A stretch of 56,986 bases of DNA, taken from positions 1-56,986 of IMG/VR virus record IMGVR_UViG_3300031857_020009. One strand, 5' to 3'. A model generated the notes under the pieces. It saw nothing but the letters and a program-made list of their open reading frames with translations. It made no database searches and had not been told where the DNA came from. The stretch is from a virus. Taxonomy: Duplodnaviria > Caudoviricetes. The position numbers and the translations under genes were made by a program. This document shows, piece by piece, positions 11,035-19,165 of the stretch (the first letter of the stretch is position 1; every line of letters starts with the position of its first letter).

Positions 11035-11063
11035 ATTATATGAAATAAGAGTTACGAATCCAA
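11035..11063 (-). promoter_or_regulatory. TTGGAT-N17-TATAAT promoter (AAA gene)
   Basis: Near-duplicate of the VWA gene promoter and leader. Confidence 0.75.
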
Positions 11064-11177
11064 CCTTTCATCGGACTTTTTATGTTTCTTTTTGCGAGAA
11101 TATGATTTTTTATTTTTATGCACGATAGGACGAGTAGCTTGCCAAATTTCCTGCATTGTTACTTCTATCTTTTCCAT
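11052..11177 (-). CDS. 41-aa basic protein with ArfA-like motif (not in ORF track)
   Basis: MEKIEVTMQEIWQATRPIVHKNKKSYSRKKKHKKSDERLDS; has its own promoter at 11184-11212. Confidence 0.65.
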   Translation of the reverse strand: MEKIEVTMQEIWQATRPIVHKNKKSYSRKKKHKKSDERLDS

Positions 11178-11183
11178 GACATG

Positions 11184-11212
11184 AATATAAGAAAAAGGAT
11201 ACAAAGATCCAA
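11184..11212 (-). promoter_or_regulatory. TTGGAT-N17-TATATT promoter
   Basis: 17-nt spacer; 6 nt upstream of the small ORF start. Confidence 0.7.
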
Positions 11213-11213
11213 A

Positions 11214-11963
11214 TTACCACTTACGGCAAGACCAATATCTTGCTGATGTTCTATCTTTGGCTGTATGACAACGGTGTCTAGCTCTAAATGAACGTCTACG
11301 TGCAGGGTTGCTCTTACGGATTCTCATATTAGGGTCGCCGAAGTTAACCTTTACAACGTTGCCTTTTTCATTCTTAACGTAGACTTTGAATTTCTTTACA
11401 TCGCCGCGCATTGGTTTGCCTAATTTAACTTTGCGACCTTGGTATTCTGCTTCTGTTATTACATCAAACTTACCAGCTTTGATATCTTCCATCATTGCAA
11501 TTGCACATTCTGTACAAATAGACATTTCTTCCATGGATTCCTTTTCTAATTCTTCATTTTTTGTTTTGTTACCCCAATTCTTAGCACCCTTTTTACGACA
11601 AGCTGAGAGAGCCAATGAACCATATGCTGATGGCCATGTTCCCCCATTGCGTGTGTAACGAGCTTTAACTTTGCGATAACATGCATCTCGTTTTGCTTTT
11701 TTCTCCTCATCAATAACTGCTTCAGCTTTAGGAGTACGTTTACCCATACCAACTCTACGCTTTTGTGCTACTAATGAATCCTTTTCTTTTTTATCAAATG
11801 AACTCCATGTTTTAGGAGTATCTTTAGAAACTTTTTTGCTAGGACGACATTTTTTTACACCTTTGGTTTTATCATTACCACAAGGACGTCCATGTTGATC
11901 AACCCATTTTTCTTTAACCCAGCGGCGCAAATCTTCATTCATTATGTCTTGCAAACGGATCAT
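11214..11963 (-). CDS. Highly basic multi-module protein (DUF5872/DUF6321-like modules) with I/L-x-E leader
   Basis: MIRLQDIMNE leader; modules LRRWVKEKWVD..., KRDACYRKVKARY...WPSAYGS, and AEYQGRKVKLGKP...FRARHRC...ARYWSCRKW. Confidence 0.7.
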   Translation of the reverse strand: MIRLQDIMNEDLRRWVKEKWVDQHGRPCGNDKTKGVKKCRPSKKVSKDTPKTWSSFDKKEKDSLVAQKRRVGMGKRTPKAEAVIDEEKKAKRDACYRKVKARYTRNGGTWPSAYGSLALSACRKKGAKNWGNKTKNEELEKESMEEMSICTECAIAMMEDIKAGKFDVITEAEYQGRKVKLGKPMRGDVKKFKVYVKNEKGNVVKVNFGDPNMRIRKSNPARRRSFRARHRCHTAKDRTSARYWSCRKW

Positions 11964-12712
11964 TATATCTCCTGACGAATTCCTAGCTTAGGTAAACGTT
12001 CTCTCCATACCTTTAAGATATTTTGTTTATCTGTTTCAGTTATAGATTGATTGCTAACCCATATATTTAAATAATTATCAACAACTTGTTTAAAAGGCGT
12101 ACGTGTTTTTTTAGCTCGCAAATACAATCCTTGAATCATTGCATCTATTTCTTTTGGCAATGTAAAGTATCGAGCTGGGGGCAATGCACCTGATTCAATT
12201 TTCTTGCGCATTGCTTGATCTGACGGAATATATTTACTGTCAATGGTATTCCAACCCGATTGAGTTACATGCTCAATTTCATGACGCAATGTATCACGCA
12301 AATCCATTGCAACTTCTGATAATACTTTTGGGTAATCTGCTGGGTCTAATTGAAATCGAATTTCAATAAGTGGAACTTCATTTGAATGACGTTGTGTGTT
12401 ATTGTAAGCATCGCCTCCTACAAACAAATCATTTAAATCTTCAATCCATTGTACTTTTAATTCCAAATAAAACTCAACAGGAATATCTGTATTTTCTATT
12501 TCTTCGAAGTATATATTATCAAATTTGGCAGGATCTTGTATATTAGGTACATCTTCGCCTTTTTTAAAGTATATTTTTTCTCCCCCAAAAAATCCTTCTG
12601 GATCTTTAGTACAAGCATAACTGTCTTTGATTACTTGTAATAGTTTACGAGACAATGTAGTCACTAAACTATCATAACGACCTTCTACAATTAACTTTTT
12701 TAAAGATATCAT
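11963..12712 (-). CDS. HExxH zinc-metallopeptidase-like protein with I/L-x-E leader
   Basis: Start at MISLKKLIVE; LRHEIEHVTQ plus downstream YFTLPKEIDA. Confidence 0.6.
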   Translation of the reverse strand: MISLKKLIVEGRYDSLVTTLSRKLLQVIKDSYACTKDPEGFFGGEKIYFKKGEDVPNIQDPAKFDNIYFEEIENTDIPVEFYLELKVQWIEDLNDLFVGGDAYNNTQRHSNEVPLIEIRFQLDPADYPKVLSEVAMDLRDTLRHEIEHVTQSGWNTIDSKYIPSDQAMRKKIESGALPPARYFTLPKEIDAMIQGLYLRAKKTRTPFKQVVDNYLNIWVSNQSITETDKQNILKVWRERLPKLGIRQEI

Positions 12713-12716
12713 ATTA

Positions 12717-12724
12717 ATAAATAT
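12717..12724 (-). promoter_or_regulatory. ATATTTAT motif
   Basis: 4 nt before the ATG of a leader-bearing gene. Confidence 0.55.
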
Positions 12725-13278
12725 CACTCAAGCAAATTGTAATTCCAATATTTTTCTTTGTCTTGATTGAAAGGATTGCCTGTTTGCTGATAGTAACAAT
12801 TCAAACAAAGCATTTGCAGGTTTTCTAATTGATGATTAGTTTCATCACCATCGATATGATCTAACAATACCGGAACGGTATCGTCAGTTATCCTACGTTC
12901 ATCATATCCGCAACTTGAACATTCTTCTTTAAATACTCCTAATGCTAATAATCTGTTGCGAAGTTTCCATGATGGATAATTAGGATGCTTGCCCATCAAA
13001 ATGTTATCAATTGAGTAGATACCCTTTGATGCTTTTTGTACATCCTTAGGAATACCTACTCCAAATTGATTTTTATGTAGCTCATATAATGTTTTACCTG
13101 ATTCTCGATCTGTATACATACGAGCATACTTTTTATAAGTAGTAAATGATACTTTAAGAAAGCGTGCTGCTTCTGCGTTGGATTTTGTATTATCCATTGC
13201 ATAACGAATTTCGCTTTCTGGAATATCTAAGGCTGTTTTACCAATTCCATATACATACTTATATTGTTTACCTTCCAT
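12724..13278 (-). CDS. HNH-endonuclease-like protein with N-terminal HTH
   Basis: SNAEAARFLKVSFTTYKKY; CSSCG...LDHIDGDETNHQLENLQMLCLNC. Confidence 0.75.
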   Translation of the reverse strand: MEGKQYKYVYGIGKTALDIPESEIRYAMDNTKSNAEAARFLKVSFTTYKKYARMYTDRESGKTLYELHKNQFGVGIPKDVQKASKGIYSIDNILMGKHPNYPSWKLRNRLLALGVFKEECSSCGYDERRITDDTVPVLLDHIDGDETNHQLENLQMLCLNCYYQQTGNPFNQDKEKYWNYNLLE

Positions 13279-13664
13279 TAATATACCCCATGTTTACGTA
13301 GTATTGCTACTGCGTCTTTTGGCATAGTTTTTTCATTATACATTTGTTGCAACAAATCTTTTAGTTTTATTGCTTTATCTGTAAAAAATGATGAATGAAC
13401 TTTTGATTGTTTTTGCACTTCTATAATCCAAAATGAATAAACAGGATATGAATCGTCAAACCTATCTGCATCTGTACGATTTTCCCAATATTCAATTTGA
13501 TCTTTCAATGGCCACATATAAATTGGAATATTTGGATCTTTTCTTCGACCAGATTTTTGAATCTGATGTTTTTCTTTGTTCATGTTTTTTGTTATGAACT
13601 TATCCATAATGTTAATTGAACGATCTTTTGGCGATTCGCCCGTGTGCGCAGATTTTCTACCCAT
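13278..13664 (-). CDS. Hypothetical protein
   Basis: 128 aa ORF overlapping its neighbours. Confidence 0.65.
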   Translation of the reverse strand: MGRKSAHTGESPKDRSINIMDKFITKNMNKEKHQIQKSGRRKDPNIPIYMWPLKDQIEYWENRTDADRFDDSYPVYSFWIIEVQKQSKVHSSFFTDKAIKLKDLLQQMYNEKTMPKDAVAILRKHGVY

Positions 13665-13842
13665 TTGTTTTTATTTTATTTGTTAGTATAACTATTTTAC
13701 GCCAAGCATCTTCCGCGGCGTATACATATTTTTTGAACTTAATAATGTCATGGTGACTTCGAGCGTTATCAGCACGTTTCATATTTCTATGATATGTTGC
13801 ATGTAATAAGCCAATTCGAATTTTTATAAAATATTTTAACAT
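13657..13842 (-). CDS. Hypothetical basic protein
   Basis: Likely start MLKYFIKIR at 13842, overlapping the clpS end. Confidence 0.55.
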   Translation of the reverse strand: MLKYFIKIRIGLLHATYHRNMKRADNARSHHDIIKFKKYVYAAEDAWRKIVILTNKIKTNG

Positions 13843-14096
13843 TTTTCTATTGTAACTTTTAAACCTTCTCGTCTTAACAATTTTGCAACATGTTCGCATT
13901 CTGAATATTTATCTTCAAAAATTGGACATCGTTTTGATTCATGTACCAATATTGTACATTGAACTGCTTGCAAATAATTATATCCACATACATCCATTAT
14001 ACTATCAATAACATGATCAAATGTATTATGATTATCATTATGCATAACTACTTTATATGTTCCCCGCTTCTTCGTCTGTAAGTTCTTTTTCGACAT
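13836..14096 (-). CDS. clpS: ATP-dependent Clp protease adaptor ClpS
   Basis: YKVVMHNDNHNTFDHVI...QAVQCTILVH...GLKVTIE. Confidence 0.85.
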   Translation of the reverse strand: MSKKNLQTKKRGTYKVVMHNDNHNTFDHVIDSIMDVCGYNYLQAVQCTILVHESKRCPIFEDKYSECEHVAKLLRREGLKVTIEKC

Positions 14097-14271
14097 CTCT
14101 TATAACCGCACATTGTTCATACATTTCTCGTTGTTCAGCATATTCGATGCAATGTTTTAAAAATGCTTTTCTACGAGCATAGTCCCATTCTGGTGGCCAT
14201 TCCCATTCTGATGTCATCATATGGTCAATTGATCGTATAAATAAACGTTCTATAAAATTTGCATCGAACAT
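14053..14271 (-). CDS. Small protein with UVR (UvrB/C)-like motif
   Basis: YAEQREMYEQCAVIRD resembles the UVR E.YE.AA.IRD motif. Confidence 0.55.
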   Translation of the reverse strand: MFDANFIERLFIRSIDHMMTSEWEWPPEWDYARRKAFLKHCIEYAEQREMYEQCAVIRDVEKELTDEEAGNI

Positions 14272-14276
14272 AACTT

Positions 14277-14305
14277 ATAATATTAAAATCGAATCAAATA
14301 TCCAA
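14277..14305 (-). promoter_or_regulatory. TTGGAT-N17-TATTAT promoter
   Basis: 17-nt spacer; upstream of the UVR-clpS operon. Confidence 0.7.
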
Positions 14306-14307
14306 AT

Positions 14308-15192
14308 TTACATAACCATTAACTTAAGATCATGATCTGTATTAGAATCTCCAGTGCTTAATTTTAAAATATACGTCCCAGGCATTGTTGGCGATTCAAA
14401 TTTTAATACGCCTTGTTGTACATTATCCCAATGATGTTGATCAACAGACTGGCCGGCGCTTGTATATATAATTAAATCGACTGAATCTAATGGTAATATA
14501 TCTGCAGATACGTTTATAGTAATCATATTTCCGGGCTTTGCTGGATTCGGATACATGTTATATTTAATACTAGATTTTGTAGTAGTTGTATTTTTTGCTG
14601 TAGCTGTATTAGTATTAGCTGGTAATTTACCTTTTATAAATTTATCAATCTTTAAAGCATTATCAATCCGTTGTTGTTTGCTTCCTGCTATTGGTTTGAA
14701 AACATTATCCATTAAGTTTGCAGCACTTGCAGCAATATCTCCAGCAACTATACTACGATCATATTTTTTAACATATTCATTTGATAAACCTTTGTATGAA
14801 CCATCTCGTTGTTTGTAATACATTAATGATTTATCAATACCGGGTACTGGTTTACCGTTCCATAGATATCCATTTAATAATTCGCATTTCATGAAATCCA
14901 ATTGTGTTGACAAACTACTCTTTGTTTTACCTATGAATTTTGCAAATGCAGTTAATGCTTGTTTACGTCCAAAGCCTGGATCCCATTGCATTAATCCATA
15001 TCCTCCGGTACCGCCTTCTTCAGTAGTATTAGGTTCACATCCAGATTCATGAGCTATGTTACCCGCTAATGCAACAGCCCCGGTGTAACTAAATCCTCGC
15101 GATTGCAACCCCGTAACAATATCTTTAGCTTTATCTAATTCGCCTGTTTCATTTAAATCAAACTCAAACAATAAGCTTTTCAAACGTATCAT
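14308..15192 (-). CDS. Phage tail-type lysozyme fused to a T9SS-CTD-like domain, with I/L-x-E leader
   Basis: MIRLKSLLFE; GAVALAGNIAHESG...GYGLMQW...QLDF; C-terminal MYPNPA...IYTSAGQSV...PGTYILKL. Confidence 0.8.
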   Translation of the reverse strand: MIRLKSLLFEFDLNETGELDKAKDIVTGLQSRGFSYTGAVALAGNIAHESGCEPNTTEEGGTGGYGLMQWDPGFGRKQALTAFAKFIGKTKSSLSTQLDFMKCELLNGYLWNGKPVPGIDKSLMYYKQRDGSYKGLSNEYVKKYDRSIVAGDIAASAANLMDNVFKPIAGSKQQRIDNALKIDKFIKGKLPANTNTATAKNTTTTKSSIKYNMYPNPAKPGNMITINVSADILPLDSVDLIIYTSAGQSVDQHHWDNVQQGVLKFESPTMPGTYILKLSTGDSNTDHDLKLMVM

Positions 15193-15524
15193 TATTTGCC
15201 TTTTTTATCGCGTATAATCAATTCACCTAATACTTCTAAACGACCTACTTCACGTTGAAATTCGATTGCTGTCATATCCAATGAAATCTTTTTAAGAGTT
15301 TCAGCAAATTCCTTTTTTGCAGAATCAATATCAAAGTTACCTGCAGTAGCTCGTTTATAATATGCAGCTTTTACTTTGAAATGATGCCATGTTAATAATG
15401 CTAATCCGCCTTTTTCTTCAGCAGTAGAAGCTATCTTAGCAGCTCCTTTGCCTCTTGTTTCTGCAAATTCCTCAAACTTATCGTTAGTTTGATTGGATTC
15501 AAATAATAAATTGTATAATTTCAT
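15192..15524 (-). CDS. Hypothetical protein with I/L-x-E leader
   Basis: MKLYNLLFE; ATATTTAT motif upstream. Confidence 0.7.
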   Translation of the reverse strand: MKLYNLLFESNQTNDKFEEFAETRGKGAAKIASTAEEKGGLALLTWHHFKVKAAYYKRATAGNFDIDSAKKEFAETLKKISLDMTAIEFQREVGRLEVLGELIIRDKKGK

Positions 15525-15528
15525 ATTA

Positions 15529-15536
15529 ATAAATAT
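15529..15536 (-). promoter_or_regulatory. ATATTTAT motif
   Basis: 4 nt before the ATG; same ATATTTATTAATATG context as 12717. Confidence 0.55.
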
Positions 15537-16201
15537 TACAATGTAGGAATCAGTTTATATGATTTACAACCAAATAACAACATGGATCTAAAATCAGCTT
15601 GTTGAAATGCATCTAACGAATGTTTTGATAATCGATTAAATCGTTTAATAACGGATATGATTTCGTCCCAATTGGTAAATTCTAATATAGTTTGTACGTA
15701 GTCGATATCAACTAACATATCTTGTACATTAGGATAATCCCATTCAATATGAACTACAGGCTGAACTCTATCTTCATTAATATAATCTATGCATAGATCC
15801 AGACCGCATTTGAAACTAGTACTTAATATTCGTACTAACTCTGGTCGCTGTTTAGAATAACGTTTTACTTGTTCTGCTGCATCGCCAGCAATAGGATATC
15901 TAAAAACAAATTGACTATGATCTAATATCAATTCAGATGTGTTTTGTTGAATCAACCATGGTTGAATAATTGCATGCGCTCCTTTTGCTGCATCGCCATC
16001 TTTATACCAAGTAGTGTCGTGCTCTAAAGAAATGCCATTATGTTTATGATATTCTTGTTCAATTTCATTCAAATCAAAACCTTCATGATCTACATGGCAT
16101 GTACCATTTAATAATACACGTTCTGCAATATCTTCTGGTAATGGTTTTGTTATTTGAATGTTTGAATATATTGGTTTATGTGAAATATAACTTAACATCA
16201 C
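15536..16201 (-). CDS. Hypothetical protein
   Basis: 221 aa ORF, ATGA-coupled to the upstream gene. Confidence 0.7.
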   Translation of the reverse strand: MMLSYISHKPIYSNIQITKPLPEDIAERVLLNGTCHVDHEGFDLNEIEQEYHKHNGISLEHDTTWYKDGDAAKGAHAIIQPWLIQQNTSELILDHSQFVFRYPIAGDAAEQVKRYSKQRPELVRILSTSFKCGLDLCIDYINEDRVQPVVHIEWDYPNVQDMLVDIDYVQTILEFTNWDEIISVIKRFNRLSKHSLDAFQQADFRSMLLFGCKSYKLIPTL

Positions 16202-16596
16202 ATCATGTTTTTTATTATGTTTGCAAAATTTGTTTTTGAATTATTAAAATCAGAATCAGCATCATCAAACAATTTAGTTTCAAATGAATTTTTGCTTTTT
16301 TGTATCAAACAAACCGTAGCATCGAATTGTTCTAATCCATTAAGTAAATATACAATACCAAAGTATGCATATGTATCTGAAACTTTTGCTACGAATTCAG
16401 CTTTAGAAAATATCAATTTCAATGTACCTAAATCATCTATAGGTGCACTAAACACATGTTCTTTATTTTTTAATCCTAAATATGAAAATTTAGCAGATGT
16501 TTTCATTTGTTTTGAAAACTCTTTAAAAAATGGTTTTGCTAAAGACATTGGATCTACAACGTTATTTTCCGTTAATATGTTTTTAAGTTTCATCAT
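16198..16596 (-). CDS. Hypothetical protein with I/L-x-E leader
   Basis: MMKLKNILTE. Confidence 0.7.
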   Translation of the reverse strand: MMKLKNILTENNVVDPMSLAKPFFKEFSKQMKTSAKFSYLGLKNKEHVFSAPIDDLGTLKLIFSKAEFVAKVSDTYAYFGIVYLLNGLEQFDATVCLIQKSKNSFETKLFDDADSDFNNSKTNFANIIKNMM

Positions 16597-17009
16597 TTTG
16601 TTAAATCCTTATCATCTAAAGCACCTCCAGTAACCCAAGCAGTACAACTTCTGCTGCCGGCACATTTAAAATGAAGGAAGTTGCAATAACCCAAATCGGC
16701 TTTTTCGATAGTAGCCATTGCATCGATATTTTTTTCATTGCCTTCGATGCCCTTAGCCATACAACCCCACATCTTATTCGAAACATCGAATGCTGCACAA
16801 TTTGCACATTTCATGGTTTTTGCAGTTGCTTCATCAATCTTCCAACGCTTTGCAGCATCTTTCCAATACTTGCCAGGTTTTTCTGGATTTGCTGGACCGT
16901 AATAGTATTCATCTATTGCATGTTGTCTATTTTTTAAATTAACATGTATATCTTGTGTTGCAATCGGACAACCCGTCTTAGCTTCTATTAATAGATGTTT
17001 TAACTGCAT
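16593..17009 (-). CDS. Cys-rich protein (HiPIP-like Cys spacing) with I/L-x-E leader
   Basis: MQLKHLLIE; CANCAAF...GYC...FKCAGSRSCTAW. Confidence 0.6.
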   Translation of the reverse strand: MQLKHLLIEAKTGCPIATQDIHVNLKNRQHAIDEYYYGPANPEKPGKYWKDAAKRWKIDEATAKTMKCANCAAFDVSNKMWGCMAKGIEGNEKNIDAMATIEKADLGYCNFLHFKCAGSRSCTAWVTGGALDDKDLTK

Positions 17010-17482
17010 TACTTGCCTCGTTTATTTTTTGATATTTCAACTGCTGCCAATTGAGCTAATGCTGCCTTTTTAGATTTAGCTTGTTTAGATAAACGACGAC
17101 CAGTTTCAGTTGTAGCAAAATAACCCGCTTCTGTTTTTTCAATTCGTTCTGGCATTAATTGTTTTAAATGATTTTTAAATCCTGCAGGAACAAATTGTGG
17201 TTGTTGCATATTATATGAATTCATTTCTGCATCATGATGCATTTCATTCATTAAGAAATCGCCAACTTCTTGTACATCATCTTTCGATGTTGCAATATGA
17301 TCAGCGGCCCAATCATGTCCATCATTTAATATTTCTTGAACTTGATTAGCATCCATCTCTAACATTGCATCTACATACTTTTTAATAAGTTTTAAATTAC
17401 CAAAAAACATGTAATTGCCATTTTCATCATTACACCCGCCATCGCCTCCGCAACCGCAACTACATTCATTTAATTTTTTCAT
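17009..17482 (-). CDS. Hypothetical protein with short LxE leader
   Basis: Start at MKKLNE-CSCGCGG; internal LKQLMPE followed by a basic tail. Confidence 0.65.
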   Translation of the reverse strand: MKKLNECSCGCGGDGGCNDENGNYMFFGNLKLIKKYVDAMLEMDANQVQEILNDGHDWAADHIATSKDDVQEVGDFLMNEMHHDAEMNSYNMQQPQFVPAGFKNHLKQLMPERIEKTEAGYFATTETGRRLSKQAKSKKAALAQLAAVEISKNKRGK

Positions 17483-17484
17483 AT

Positions 17485-17952
17485 TTATCCTCCTACAGCA
17501 AATAATGCTCGTACCCACGCTGAACCATTATATATATACAAATAATTATTAGCAAAGTCCCAATATACACTGCCGCGGGTTGGTGTAGAAGGTTCTGTAG
17601 TTGGTAATATGAAATTACCTGATGATCCTAATGTACTTAAATTCATAATCATCGTACTAGAACCAGTAATACTTCCTCCTAGTGATCCATTTAATGTTGT
17701 ACTACCAGTAACTGCTAAACTACCAGTAATTCTTGCAGAACCAGTAAATGGAAAACTAGTTGCATTTGCTGCAAAAGATGCAGTTGTTGCAAATGATGCA
17801 CTAGTTGCTATACCTACTAAAGAACCACTAAATGAACCTGTAGCTACAATTGTATCTGTACTAACACCACTTAATGCATCAATAGCTCTAGTAATGTGTT
17901 CTGCTTGAATAGTGCCGCCATTAGTAATACCGGTTTTATTTATTATCGCCAT
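17485..17952 (-). CDS. Putative virion structural/fibre protein
   Basis: Repeated (I/F/V)TGS and ATSAS(F/Y)A motifs; C-terminal P..P..GSVYWD...LYIYNGSAW. Confidence 0.6.
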   Translation of the reverse strand: MAIINKTGITNGGTIQAEHITRAIDALSGVSTDTIVATGSFSGSLVGIATSASFATTASFAANATSFPFTGSARITGSLAVTGSTTLNGSLGGSITGSSTMIMNLSTLGSSGNFILPTTEPSTPTRGSVYWDFANNYLYIYNGSAWVRALFAVGG

Positions 17953-18124
17953 TTATATTCCTTTTTTTATATATAGGCCAATTTTTGGTTTTTTCATCTA
18001 ACCATTCTGCACGTTCGTCACAGCCGCAGTCTTCATTTAATATCTGAGCAATTTGTTTTGCCAATTGATCTAAACCTGTAGCTTTAGTTATTTTTTTAAT
18101 ATCACTACCTAATCCTTTAGACAT
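17936..18124 (-). CDS. Small conserved-type phage protein
   Basis: MSKGLGSDIKKITKATG...DCGCDER motif. Confidence 0.6.
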   Translation of the reverse strand: MSKGLGSDIKKITKATGLDQLAKQIAQILNEDCGCDERAEWLDEKTKNWPIYKKRNINGDNK

Positions 18125-19160
18125 AGCGGTCTCCATTTCTAATTTTATTTGCCAATTGTATCATTAATGTTTGCCATTGAGGTGTTCTAGGTATTTCAAA
18201 TACTTGTGTGCCTGGATATGTATATGTTTGTTCTGGTTGCATTAATTGCATATGACCTGTATCATCAATTCCTAATACTTGATGTGGAACTTGTTTCATT
18301 GTAATGTTATTACTTGGAATCATTGTACACTTACCTGGGTGTTTCCATTGGCCCATTGCATCGTGCACCGCATTCGTATGTTTCATCACATGATTCCAAT
18401 CTTCCGTAGTCATAAGTTTTTCTTGCATAACATGTTTTGCTAACATATCACTAACTGATTCGAATTGTACATTTTCTAGTGTCATCTGCTTCATTGCATC
18501 TATATGTAACAATTCTTTCAATCGATCAATCAAACCTTTATTTCGCAAATATTTAAATGCTAAATTTTCAACTGAATATTCTCCTTCTGCTTCTAAACCT
18601 GATTTCCTTAAGTTTCGAAGACGTAATAATATTTCGTGAATTCGTTTTTCTAGATTAGGATTATTTTCTTTTAAATTTTCAATCTCCCAAATAAATGGCT
18701 GAGCTTTCATTTCAATTAAAGAATCATCAATTGATATCAAATCAGCTTTCGGACGATTTATCCATTTATTATGAGTTATAGAATATATACCAACCGACGA
18801 ATGTAAATCTTCATTCATATCTTGTGCGTACAATTCTATATTAATACCTTTATATTTTAAAGGATAATTATGATTCCAAATTGCTTTTTTTAAATGAAGA
18901 TAATTTTTTGTCATATGCAAATTATCACCAACTTCCATATAGTTAATTACTACATGTAAATCAATATCACTATATTTAGTCCAATTATAATTTGCATTAC
19001 TACCAATTAAGATGACATCTAGTAATGTGGTATCAATTTCTAAAAATTCATAAAATTTATTTGCAATTTTCATGAATCCTTCTTGCAAACCAGGACGTAA
19101 TTCACCTGCTTCCCATATTGCAGGATTCAATTCACTATGTGTATGATATTCTTTTAGCAT
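18117..19160 (-). CDS. Pol-beta-superfamily nucleotidyltransferase with extra C-terminal domain
   Basis: LIGSNANYNWTKYSDIDLHVV (GS...DxD), IELYAQD, GEYSVENLAFKYLR; N-terminus MLKE. Confidence 0.75.
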   Translation of the reverse strand: MLKEYHTHSELNPAIWEAGELRPGLQEGFMKIANKFYEFLEIDTTLLDVILIGSNANYNWTKYSDIDLHVVINYMEVGDNLHMTKNYLHLKKAIWNHNYPLKYKGINIELYAQDMNEDLHSSVGIYSITHNKWINRPKADLISIDDSLIEMKAQPFIWEIENLKENNPNLEKRIHEILLRLRNLRKSGLEAEGEYSVENLAFKYLRNKGLIDRLKELLHIDAMKQMTLENVQFESVSDMLAKHVMQEKLMTTEDWNHVMKHTNAVHDAMGQWKHPGKCTMIPSNNITMKQVPHQVLGIDDTGHMQLMQPEQTYTYPGTQVFEIPRTPQWQTLMIQLANKIRNGDRYV

Positions 19161-19165
19161 CTATT

